From Amoebophrya sp. A120 (lineage: Eukaryota > Protista > Dinoflagellata), in the NCBI GenBank assembly GCA_905178155.1, contig CAJINV010000001.1:7843599-7907598 (forward strand): a stretch of DNA of 64,000 nucleotides. Reading direction: 5' to 3'. Each line of letters starts with the position of its first letter. Positions within the stretch are counted from its first letter, which is position 1. Below the pieces are notes generated by a model, which saw only the letters and a list, made by a program, of their open reading frames with translations, was not told where the DNA came from and did not search any database. Shown piece by piece: positions 47,141-58,764 of the stretch. A program made the translations under genes and the position numbers.

Positions 47141-50100
47141 TCACATCATGATCTCCCCCGCTTTGGTCGGTTCTAATTGTAGTTCTTCACTGGGATACGA
47201 CATGAGGTTATTCGTAAAAGCGGCGAGTTCCACATGCGCCGCTGCCAAGTCTGCGAAGGCGACCGGACATTCTTGTCCAAATTTTTGCAAGATTTCCTGC
47301 GTTTTCGCCAAGGCAGGCGCCGTACTCGTGCCCGAACTGGCTTTATTGTGGTCCAACTTGCTCCCGCACGACGTTGATGCAGCTTTTTCCTTTTTGCCCA
47401 TCGTCTGCACCACGCGAAGATCTCTAGTACCATCATGCGCGAGGCATGACGCAGACGGTGAGGAGTGAACTTTGGACATAAACCGGCAAGCAGCTGCAGC
47501 ACCACCCTTTTCGTTCGCGCAAGCTGGTTTGGTATCGTGCTCCGAACAAGCTTTTTGCTCTTCTGAAGTCTGTTCCTGCTCTGCATCCTTCGTTTTCTCC
47601 TCGTCGGCCCAACGTACGACTTTCCGCGGAGTTGTGCAAGCGCCGTCGGTGAACTGGTACCCTTTCATCGCGGAACGAGGTTGCATGGGACTCGGATCTT
47701 CTTTGTTTTCCCCGGCTGCTGAAACTGTTCGTTGCTTGCAAGACAGAGGAGTCGGAGCAACAGGAGGGGTGGCGATAATATACTTCATCGCGCGATCGAA
47801 GTCAGTTATTTTCGAGCTTTTCTCTACTCCTGCTGGTGTAAAGAACCCTTTCTTCTTTGGCAGTGCCGCACCAGAAACGGTCGGAGTAGAGGAGGTGCAG
47901 TGGTGATAATTTTTTCCCGCCGCAGCTACAGAAGTAAGTGCTTCGTTCGCATTCCCTTCCACACGATAATCATGCACTAAAACTTTCTGGGCACAAAGAG
48001 GAAGTTTTTTTTTCGCCCCGCCCGTTTTCCCGGTGGTTTCGGTTCCGGCAAAGGGCACGCTCAGGTCGGCGACGGCTGGGTCGTCGTTCTTACAGGGCGC
48101 CGGTTCTACTACCTCTTCGACGTAGCATCGAGCAGTAGGGAGATGTTGAGGGAAGTTGCAGTTGTAATTATTGTTGTGGTTGTAGTCGTACATACAAGTT
48201 GTTGTAGTAGAAGGAAACGAAGTAGCACAAGAGTAATTTTGCCCCGGAATAGTATGGTGTGTGTTATGATCCACGAAATAATCATATTCTCCCGTCGTAG
48301 AAGAAGCAGCGCAAGTTGTACCTGCTGCCATTTGTTGCTGCTGCTGCATGTAGAGCATGTTGTAGTTGGGATCTGCGAACATCGGCGGCGGCATCATCAT
48401 GGCAGGATAGCCCGGCGTCGCTGCGTAGGCCATGGGCATCATCGCGCCGGCGGTGGACGCCGCGTGCATCTGGGCCAGCATCGCCTGCGTCTGCTGCATC
48501 TGGGCCATCATGGCCTGGGTTTGGGCCATCATGGCCGCCGCATCCGCGGTCGACATCGACGGCTCCGGCGTGTTCACGGGCAGGGTGAGGCCCGAAGGAG
48601 CGGCATTCTTGGTGTAGCCCGACGAAGGCTTCTTGTACCCGGCGGCGTTGTCCGCGAGTCCGGTAGCGTACCCCTGCTCCGCCGGAAACGACCTGCAGCA
48701 GGTGTGAAAAATTATCATCATGACCATGATGGTGATGAAAAGATCTTGTCCCCGGGGAGAGTTCTTTGAAAGGCTCTCCTCTGCACCAGGCGTGGTGCTC
48801 TATGATTTCCAAGAACAGTGAAGAACGACAAGAGCAACAAATACAACAAAGGCTTTCGTAGTAGCCAGACCAAAAAAAACGACGACTTCCGTCCACATGA
48901 TACATACTGGAAAGATTCACACAATTATGGCCAAAAAAAGTTGGAGCTTACATGGTCCGCTGCATCGTGAAGGCTCGCTTCGGTTCGGCTTTCTTGCCTT
49001 TGCCCTTCTTCCCCCCGAAGCGGTCAGACTCGAGTGGCCCGACCGTATCCGCGGAGGCCGAAGGAAAACGCGAGCCGGACTGCGGCATGCCCGAGGACGG
49101 CGGTGAAGCGGCAAAATTGAAAGCCACACCGTTCTTGCCATTTTTGTTCCCCGCCTTCCCCTTGCCCTTCGGACTGGCGCCAAACTTGCCGCCCGGCGTC
49201 GTGGGCGTGCTGCCCGCGGGGGATTTTCCGCCCTTGGCAAACCCGGTGTTGGTGTCCACCACATTGATCGTCTGCACCGTTTGTGCCTCGTCCTTCAGCC
49301 GCCGGTTTTCCTCCTTGCGGGCCTCAATCAGCTTGATGCGACGCTGCCGCTTGTGCTCCTCGTGTTCCGCCAGCTGTTCGTCGGTCATCTTCTGTAAACG
49401 TTTGCCCGTCTCCGCCTCGATCTCCTTCATGAACATTTGCAGCGTCTGTGCGTTTCCCACCCGCATCGTTAGCTTGCATGGCCGCGACATTTCGATCTGA
49501 TGTATTCATCAAGAAATTGTTTTCATCGGGTGCAACTCGTGGTACGTTTCTTGCTTCAGCGAACCATATAGCAGATGCAACTACCGCGATATGTTGTTCT
49601 TTTATCGTGGTCCTACCATGATGACTATAGACCATCACTCATCCTGCGATTTGCTGTATCGACAATCATCATGACTTGGCTTTGCATAAATTAAAATTAT
49701 CCTTGCATCTAGTAGCCTGTATGAATATAAATTCCTCAATACGTCGTAGTAGTCCTTGATTTCCCGGGTCGAGTAGAACTGGTGCGTGGGCATGGATTTT
49801 TGCTCCCCGTTGATCTTGCACAGTTCGATCGATTCGATCGGGAAGTCTTCATCCACGTCCGGGGGCATGTCCACGTCGGCCACGGCTGCGCGGTCCCCCG
49901 CGCGTTTGCTCCAGTCGTAGTCGGCCAGGCGGCCCGTCTGGCACAAGGTGCGCATCAGCTCGCAGCTCGAAAAGGACCGGTCCCAGGTGAAGGTGCGCAA
50001 AGACTTGCGGTGCTTCACGAGCGTCATGTACAGTTGGAACTCCTCTGTTTGTCATTTTTTTTCGAGAAGAAGATAAAATTCTTTTATTGCAGAATTGCTT

Positions 50101-52042
50101 TTAGTACGACGTCGACAGTGTTTGGCGAAAATAAACTAATACTCGAAGGTAATGCTAGTAAGTTGCACTTACTTCTACCGGGTCGTGGGTTCTTGCTGTT
50201 TCAAGAACCCTGCGGCACGCAAGTCTGCTTCTTTGGTCATCGTCTGCAGTTCTATTGTAGACTGACTGCAACAGAAATAAATACAATGAAAGCAAGCGGG
50301 GACCACGACGAGTTCACATTCAAGCTTTGCATACATATTATCGCTGTGAAGATTAGCAGTGTAAGTACCCTGTCTTGGCGGGCCCTTGGCCACCACCCCG
50401 CAGGCCTCGATGTTTTTGATGATGAGGTTGATGGCCCGCTCCAGGCGGGTTGCGTCTTGTTCGCTGGTGGTCTGCATCGGGCAGCAGACCACGGGGCCCT
50501 GCGTGAGGGCGAGCTCCCCGATCTCCAGGTCCATCTCCCCGAACATCTCGACCCAGTCTTGCGCGCCCATCCACTTCTTCACCTTCTCCAGCTGCGCGTC
50601 CGTTTCGATGTGCATGGCGGCGATGGTGATGTGGAATTGTTCCTGCCGCATCACCTGGAGGCGGCGCTTCTCGTACCGGCGAAAGTCGATCAAGTAGTAC
50701 AGACACATGTAGTACAGCTCCCGCAGCTCCTCCGGCAGCCGGATGCACAGCATGTGGGTGGGGATCTTGTCGTCAAAGTACAGTTTCGTGTTTTGGTCCG
50801 GATCCGGGATGCTCGACCGCTCCAGCAGTTTCGGCTGGTTCTTCTGGGTCCGGGGCGTGTTCTCGGCGGAGGAAGACAGCGGGAAGTCCTGCGGACTGTT
50901 ACCCGCGTTCCCCGCCGGGGAGATCGGCAACGTGGTTGCGTTTTTGTTGCCGATCATCCGAAGTTTGCCGGCCCCCTTGCTCGATGCCGGACTGTCCCCC
51001 TTGGCAGTAGACCTAGAGGGTGGTCGTGCGATGTTTTGTTTTGTACTCAGAAGTTGCGTAGAATTTGTCCTGCAATATCTTCTTCAACCAAGAGCTTTCG
51101 CAAATTCCTTTATTGAGTTAAAAATTCCAAGATGCTGCTGATAATTTCCCTAAAATAACGAGGATGAAACAAAAATGCATAGAGACTACATCACAAAGCG
51201 TACTTTCCGGGTGAATTCGGCGCGTTGGTCGAGGCCCCGTCGTCCGGCAGGGCTCCCATGGTAAAGGCGCGGCGCTCAACAGACCGATTCGGCGCACCCG
51301 TGTTGAAGGACTGGGCCCTCTTGAACCGCTCCGGCACCGACTCCACCGACCGAGATTTCCCCAAGTTCGGGTCCGGAATCTCATCCTCCATCCCCGGGGG
51401 CGGCCGCGACACCGTGCGTCCCATACCCCCGCTGGAACTGGTGGACGTCGTCTTCGGGAGGTTCTGGCCGGACAGCTTCCGGTAGTCCACAGTGGGGTGC
51501 TGCGACTTCGCCTTCTGGATGCGGGGGTCACCGGAGTACATCCGCTCCAGCTGGAACTCCGGGGGAGCCTGCAAGTATTTACGTATACAACAAGTGAAGT
51601 CCGAACTGGAAATGACTATTATCCAGCAAAAGATCATGGGTCTGTTTCTTCTTTTGCAGACAACTCGACAACTCGCCATTAGCTTAGTAGACTGGTAGAA
51701 ATCTTAATTTATTCACGGGGTGCAAACAATAAAACTAACTCGAGAGGAGGAGCAAACACACAACGGCGCCTCGACCCCCGTGTGCACTGACTGTAACCCC
51801 AAATCAACATAAAGACAAAATTTTTTTTCATCTTCCCGATTCCGCAAGAGATTTTATCTCTTAATAAATACCGTGAGCGCCGTGGTGAGTTGGACCATTG
51901 GACTGATATTGCTCGTCTCCGACCCTGGTTCGTTGTCCGCAACGGTCTGCAGCGCCCGAAACTTGGTTTCGTACGACGCCACTCGATCCCGTTTCGTCGG
52001 CTGCTTGGGCGACCCGACGACCTTTAGCTTCGGCGACGACAT
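47141..52042 (-). CDS. Large protein with an AKAP7/ASCC1-like 2H-phosphoesterase domain and low-complexity tails; 6 exons
   Basis: PTHMLCIRL, FHITIA (first HxT) and FQLYMTL (second motif) are present. Five phase-compatible GT-AG introns join the ORF pieces at about 52042-51872, 51570-51205, 51012-50369, 50045-49743, 49496-48952 and 48692-47141. Confidence 0.7.
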
Positions 52043-54709
52043 CCTCGGTTGCTCCGTGCGACGAGGGGGTTGACAAAGCAGGTCAAAGAAGTTTTATCCG
52101 CGCCGAGACGTCGTGTGTTTCGTACTTAAAATATTAAATATTGTGCCACAATTCTAATGCTTCTGGAGTTTTCAAAATTCAGAATTCGTAAAAGTCGTTG
52201 TAAACCACAGGTAAGCTCAAATGTTGTGTAAAAGTGTATGTGTCTTTTGTGTTGTTAAAACTTTTTGTAGTAGTTACTGAAAAGAATCCTCCAACACAAG
52301 TACTGAGTGAGACACTTGTGCCGTCGGAAATATACCGATCAGTGGTGTGTAAGTAAAAATTTTTGTTCGCCAAGAAGAGAAGCGCACGAGAGGAGGTACA
52401 GCTTCTGGCAGGTTGACGCTGTTCGGTATTAAGCGCGTAAATATATAATCGTACAAAGTTCTGTAAAGGTGGTTCAAGCGAATCAGTATCAGTTACGTCC
52501 AACTGTCTTTTCAGAAACAGTGTACATCAAAGAACCCAGGGTAGAGTAATAAATGCGGCAGTAATTCAGATGCTGAGAGAGTACCGCCGTTCTTTACTAA
52601 GCCCGGTTGTAAACGGTAGTTAGTTGATCGATGTTGTCAGAGAGTAATACAGGCGAAAAATAGCACTTACAGTACAAAAGAATCACAGCGGCGATGATGG
52701 AAGTGAAGCTCGATAGAAGATTCTGCTTTCTACATTAGCTGCAGCTGGAGAAAAGCGAATGACAAGAGGAGTTCTCAACAACTGCAATATTTGCATGGCA
52801 ATGACAAAAAGAACTACTCCATGTAGTGCGAATCTACTGAGCGATCAATCTATGCGACTTTTTTCGTACTGGGAAGGTCTATAATCGGAGGACGCGTAGG
52901 TGCGAAGATGCTTCGACAGCAAGTGCGGTTCGCTTCGTCCTGGCTGTTACAGCGGAGGTGTGTAGTAGAGAAAGATAGTCTTTTACAATTTGGAGTACTA
53001 ACGGTATCAGATAATTAATCGAGTTCGGCGGGAAAGCCTCTTTTCCTCGACTCTTCAAGACACTTGGCCTGTTGACAATGCAAAAGTAAAGTTTTTCGTT
53101 TGTGTGTTTCGGTTATCTTCGCGTGAGCAGTCAGGCTTTATATCAGTAATGTGAAGCCGAGAACGGATAAAAAAGTAAAATTTTGTGGATCGCAGAAAAT
53201 TCAAAATGCTTCTCAAAGTTTGTCGGGATACTCTTGTGTGTTAGATCAGGAGGAGCGCAAGGAGTATTGAGCTGCAGATTTTTTGGATCACAAATGTCCG
53301 TCGCTGCTCGCTTTGGGATCAAGGCTTATCACTTTCGCGTTAAGCACCTGTGTGCAAAAATTTTCGCAGTCAACCGAAAAACATTTGCAATTAGCCGCTC
53401 GTTCGCATGGCTTAACAAAGACCGAAGCTGCCAGCGTATCACGCCTTCGTCAACAACACAGTGCACCACAGCACTACATAATATACCGATAATACAGTGA
53501 AGACCGATACATACCACTGTCGTAGTAGAGTGCTAAGTGTCGGATCCCTCCTTTGTCACGTAGCGCCACGAAAGGCAAAAAAAAACATACGACCGAAGAC
53601 CACTTTTGTATAATGCAACAAACCGACGACCAGTGATTCTCTCTCTGCAGAAAACGTCGGAGGATGAGCACATAGATGAAGGGCCGAAAAGGCTTGGAGC
53701 TCAAGTACCACTATCTGGCGCGTCATCAAGAAGTCCTTCTGCACCGAGAGCGCCGGATGATGTTGATAAAAATACGGGTTTGGAGTGTGTGTAAAAGTCG
53801 TGAAGGCATGCCACCGAAGGCTGCAGGGGCACGCCCTGTGCGAGGCAGAAAGTTGCAAAACGAAATTTACGCTCTAAAGATGCAAGCTCTCTTGTTGTTG
53901 TGTGTTCTTTTGAGGTTCTGAGGAAACCGGTTACCAAGATAGGGAAAAAAATGGGTATGAAAAGCATACTTGCGGGGGTTCGCTGCGTAGGCCGGCGACA
54001 GACCCGCTCCGAGCGCACCGGCCAATGCCTGAGGGCAGTACGCCGCCCGGACGTATCCGCAGCGATGCGATCACGTCCGACCTTCTGGGCTACAGCCCGA
54101 GGCCAGGCGCACAAAAGGGTCCGCTTCGCGAAGCATTTTGTCGCGTTGCAAAGACGCGATGTGCAGTGCGTTGTCCGGAAAAGTACAAAGAGGACACGCG
54201 CGGAACGACGTTCCACCAGCCAGCGTCGCTTTCCGGGCCGTGGTTTCAATATTGTCGTAAGCGGTGAAAGTTGACACCGTTGATCTTCCCGAAGTGACCG
54301 CCCAAAAGCGGACGCAAAATCATCACTCGCCACGTGTAAAAGCCCCGCCGCTCCGCATCGGGCCGACATCCACCACCGGGCGGGCGCCGCATTCCTTCGG
54401 CGGCGCGGCCGGTAATGGCAGCTCGCCCCCCCCTTCCCCTCTCGCCCAGGCCGTTTCCGCGGCCGCCCCGAGCGCCGAGGGCGCTATGACCTCCCGAAAC
54501 GAGCAACAAGGGGCGGAACACCATTAGAAGGGCGCCCTAGGGCGCGGCGAGTAGTGCCACCTCGGCCCTCCTTCCGCTCTCGCACGGACCGCTTCTGCGG
54601 GCACGGGTCGCTCCGCGGGCTTTATCACCTTACAAAGCGAGCTCTAAGGAGGCGGAACCCCCTGCGGAGGGCACTCAATGCTGGATCGCAGCTCCAGACT
54701 TCGGAGGTG

Positions 54710-54747
54710 AGCCATCACCTTAGTCAGGGGTGACTAAGGTGATGGCT
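54710..54747. other. Perfect hairpin (17-bp stem, GGGG loop) followed by a T-run
   Basis: agccatcaccttagtca-gggg-tgactaaggtgatggct, with a T-run at 54758-54766. Confidence 0.9.
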
Positions 54748-54889
54748 AAGCTCCGGATTTTTTTTTCTGTACGAAGAAGGTAGAGACAACAGACCACAAT
54801 AATGGGATTTAAGTTGCCCAGATAAGTCCAATGCTTCTTATAATATACAAGATACTTCATGATGAACGTTATTTATTATATTTTTGTAG

Positions 54890-55565
54890 TTGCCCACACA
54901 GCTTTCATTTTTTTTTCAAAATTTTGAAGATTTTAAAAAAGCCAAGAATTGAGACGACTAAGGCAATTGGATCTTGCAGATACATGAAAAGCAGATATTG
55001 TGCACATTTTGGGTTTATTGTTTGTGTCCTACATCACTTCCAAAGTGACTCGCTCCATTTTTGCAATTTTTGAGATTTTTTGAATTTTTTGGAAATGTCA
55101 AAAATGGTAGTGAAAGAAATGCACTTCGAGAGGATTAATGGCGTTCACATAGTCAAATCTCTGAAATGCACTGACTGTTGCTCTGTTTGGTCATATACAA
55201 AAGCACCTTGCAGAGCTCCACAATTTTTTAATTTTTTTGACTTTTTCTGATTATAGAAAAAATAATACACAAAACGCATATTGTGATACACAATAATGAA
55301 ACTTTGAGCGTTGCAATGCTCTGGCCTTGTTTAGACCACCTCTTTTGCTGCTAAATCACATAACTTTGCGGGTCCAAAATTTTTCGGATTTTTTTGAATT
55401 TTAAAAAATCATGAAAAATACTTATAATATTTCTACTTGGTGAAATGTAGGCAAAGAAGTCACAGAATATCACTGAGAATTGGAGATAAATTCAATATAT
55501 GAGAAATATTGTATTTGGTTTCTGGGTTTCTATTTTTTCTGAAAATTTTGCAATTTCTGGAAATG
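54890..55565. repeat. AT-rich degenerate repeat with T-tract clusters every ~155-160 bp
   Basis: Clusters such as ttttttcaaaattttgaagattttaaaaaa start near 54905, 55058, 55220, 55376 and 55530. Confidence 0.6.
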
Positions 55566-55917
55566 CTGTAAAAACTACTTGAAAAGAGGTTGCTTGACTC
55601 TTTAAGATGAGAAGACTGCACACAAAAACTACGATTTACCCCTACCGTCCTGGCTTGCCCTCGGTCGCCATGCCGGACAGCCCTGTCTTCACAAACGGCA
55701 AGAATGCACCTCATGCCCTTAATAAGAGACAAGCTAGAGCCTCAGTGCTGGGATACAATCGCCAGCCCTAACCCATGGCAAGTGGGCGGAAAAGCATAGG
55801 GAGCGCCCCCTATGCTGGCTGTTTACCGCACCTGATTGCCCGTGTGCCGTACGCGAGCAATTTGCCCGTCGGGGATCGCCAGCAATGCGCCCGATTTCCC
55901 AAGGGTGTGCCGAATGC

Positions 55918-55932
55918 GGGGGGGGGGGGGGG

Positions 55933-55964
<32 letters not shown>
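55918..55964. repeat. G19C28 homopolymer fold-back
   Basis: A G run at 55918-55936 directly abuts a C run at 55937-55964. Confidence 0.9.
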
Positions 55965-56525
55965 AGAAGCAATATGGGAAGAAGGACCGCGCCCCGCGGC
56001 GGAATTTCCGAGGCGGGCCAAGGCCGGCGCGCGCCTCCGATGCAAGTCGCCGGACCGCCGCCCGCCTCCGCAGCATTGGGCGGCAAAACTGCGCGACTAC
56101 CGTTCCGGCTTGCCGTTCCGAGGGAGCAGGCGCGCCGCCAGTCGAAGCTCCGCTTGCACATTACCCCAACAACAACGGCAGGAGGCCCCATTCTTGGTCG
56201 AGGTAGCCTTTGGTGTTCCGACATGATTTCGAATGTGAGCGCGCTCAGCGACCGGGATTCTTTTATTAAAGCTACTTCTTCCCGCAAAAATAGCGACTCG
56301 AGTCGCGAGCGCGCATCGCTCCCGGCACTGGAAGACTCGCTTCTGCTCGTCGATGGCTGCCCGCGTGGCAGAGCGGCCCCGGAAACACCTTGAGGCGCGC
56401 GCGGAGTTGCTGCTGTCATAGCTTTACAAAATTGGCGCCTGGCGTTCCTACAGTCCGGGCTTGTAAGCGCGATCACTTCGCGAACTCCGCCCCCCGGCCG
56501 CGGGAGGCCGTCTCGTCGCGCCGCC

Positions 56526-58181
56526 ATGCGCACCGGCGACCTGGCGTCGACGTTGTGGCCGGCGACGCCCGCCGCCTGCGAAAACGGGACCCGGCGTAGC
56601 ACAAAGGCTGGCCCCCGGACAACTTCGTGGCTAGCGAAGGTCCACCGAGCGCCGCTCTCGGACCGCGCACCCGACACCGAGCCGCCTGTCGCCCCGCGAC
56701 TCACAAGTCCGGGGTTTACCTCGTTTGCTGCGTTTGAGGCTCTTGTCAAGGCGGACCTCGTGCGTCTGGGAACGTACTTCTCGCCGCCGAAGGATCCAGG
56801 ACTGGCGGCTGTGGCGCCCTGCGCAGCTCAACTGGTGGAGCACGCCGGTCCGTCACCCGTATTCGAGCTTGCCCGCCGTGTTGCCTACCTGGAACTGCTC
56901 CTCCTGCGTCTCGGGCAAGTGTTCGAGCGGAAGAGACCGGTCGCACGACCAGAAACTCAGAGCAGCACGAAGTCCAGAATTCAATGGGTCAACGCAGCGA
57001 TCGGCGCTACTCCGCGACGTGAGCCACCGAGTCGGTCCGCGCTCACCGTCGCAGCCACCATAAATCCGAAAAGCGCCAGTTATGCGAATGCCGCCGTCCA
57101 AACCCTGGGCATCGCGGACCAACCGGGAGCCGCCTCGCGCACTCCCACCAGCCGAGACGAAAAAACGCCGAAAACGTTCGCGCGCGGTGTGCAAGCGAAT
57201 GTTCTTCCCACGCGGGACGCAAGCGTAAACACCAATCCAGTTGTGTTCGGGGACGAAAGCAAAGCGCCACGGCCTGTTTTGTCCGTACGACCGATTTTTG
57301 CATCGTCTTTCGCAACCACAGGTGTACAAACGGAACCGCCAGTCGCCAAAGTTTCCGTGGCCGTTCAAAGCCGACCCGAAATGTCCACCGCCGAGGCACA
57401 AACTTCCATCGCTCTTGCCGACATCGAGGCGTGTTTTCCGTTCACAATTGACGATAGTGTAAGCAGCAGCCCGCGCAGCAGCGCGGAGAAACAAGACGAC
57501 CCGCCGATGAAAAGTCTCGACGGTGCGACCCCCGCGCCAGGAACCAACGACCCTGGCGGTCGAACTTCGGTCGCAGTGGATGGCGTGCGAGTTCGCGCCG
57601 ACAGTCCATTTTCTTGGTTGCGTTTGTTTCCCTCTAAAGCAGAGAGAAAGAAGCAAAGCACAGCGGGCGCAGAGCAGAAGAACAACACGAAAGCGACCAC
57701 ATCAACATCAGAAGCCAAAACTTCAGTGCCTGTTGTTCCCGCCGCGCCACCCTCGCCGGGCAAGCGAAGACGCGACGCCGCGGTCGAGCAAGAGCAGAAG
57801 ATAGCGAAGTTGAAGCGCGCTCTGCAGCTCGAGAAGGATTTGGCACAGGGCGTGTGCGCGGAGAATAGCAAGTTGGAGGACGAAACCCGGAAGTGGAAGG
57901 CAAAGTACGAGGAGGAAGCAACACTGAGGAAAAAACTCGAGGGGACCGCGGCCGACTTGCAGAAGGAGGTGAAACGCATGCAAAATGCGCACTTTCGCCA
58001 CCACAGCTGGTCGGTACCGGTGAAGAACAGGCTTGCGGGAAGCACGCGCGAGATCGGCGTTGGGACGGTGCGCGGACCAGAATTTCTTCCCGTAACCGTT
58101 GCGGTGCAAACGGTCACGGAAATGTCGCCCCGCGGGCCGCTGATGAATTCCGGAATGTTTGCCTTCGCAAATAGGTCGTGA
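56526..58181 (+). CDS. Intronless 551-aa protein with repeated VQT/AQT-type motifs and a coiled coil; possibly element-borne
   Basis: Long ORF containing NAAVQT, RGVQAN, DASVNT, TTGVQT, SVAVQS, AEAQT, EIGVGT and TVAVQT, plus a heptad-rich KIAKLKRALQLEK...EVKRMQ segment. Confidence 0.6.
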   Translation: MRTGDLASTLWPATPAACENGTRRSTKAGPRTTSWLAKVHRAPLSDRAPDTEPPVAPRLTSPGFTSFAAFEALVKADLVRLGTYFSPPKDPGLAAVAPCAAQLVEHAGPSPVFELARRVAYLELLLLRLGQVFERKRPVARPETQSSTKSRIQWVNAAIGATPRREPPSRSALTVAATINPKSASYANAAVQTLGIADQPGAASRTPTSRDEKTPKTFARGVQANVLPTRDASVNTNPVVFGDESKAPRPVLSVRPIFASSFATTGVQTEPPVAKVSVAVQSRPEMSTAEAQTSIALADIEACFPFTIDDSVSSSPRSSAEKQDDPPMKSLDGATPAPGTNDPGGRTSVAVDGVRVRADSPFSWLRLFPSKAERKKQSTAGAEQKNNTKATTSTSEAKTSVPVVPAAPPSPGKRRRDAAVEQEQKIAKLKRALQLEKDLAQGVCAENSKLEDETRKWKAKYEEEATLRKKLEGTAADLQKEVKRMQNAHFRHHSWSVPVKNRLAGSTREIGVGTVRGPEFLPVTVAVQTVTEMSPRGPLMNSGMFAFANRS

Positions 58182-58764
58182 GGCAAGCTTTTTTAGTTCT
58201 TCGTGCAATCGATATAGTTGCGGGGACTCTAGATGAAAACACAGTAAACACGTTTCTTCATATACATACGAAAGGAAAAAGGATAGCAAGCAAGAGGAAG
58301 TAGCATGTGACAAAGTGAGATCATGTTGAAGTAGCGATATCCATCATCAAGTTTTCAGTCTAGTTTTGCGAGGCCCGGTGGTGGATGGGATAGCAGTTTT
58401 GTTGGTTACTTGTATTCTGTGCTCTGTTCGTGCGTTGCCCGGTGACAAAGCGCACCGGAGGGAACCCGGTGACAAAGTGCGCCGGAGTGTCGTGGTGGGT
58501 GAGGTGAAGATGGATAGACCGAGGCTCCCCTGTAAACTCACAATTCAATGGAAATTCATTCTTGGGAGCATCACAGTGTAGAGTTCACGCGGAGCGATCA
58601 CCTGCACCCGAGAGAGAGAGAGAGAAGGTTCTACTGCGTGTTCTGTCGCGGTGTTGTCATCACCGTGTAGTTGCTACTCATTTTCTCGATCCAGCGGACC
58701 CGAGGAGTATTAGTTGGCTGTAGCGACAGGAGCATATAACTGTGGCGAACAAAGCAAATCAAAA

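Noticed and set aside
49782-51116. Long + strand ORFs (444 aa here; also 35052-36029 and 25004-25813)
   Set aside because: These are antisense shadows of GC3-rich minus-strand genes.
54710-54766. Bacterial rho-independent terminator
   Set aside because: The context is eukaryotic and there is no credible + strand gene directly upstream.
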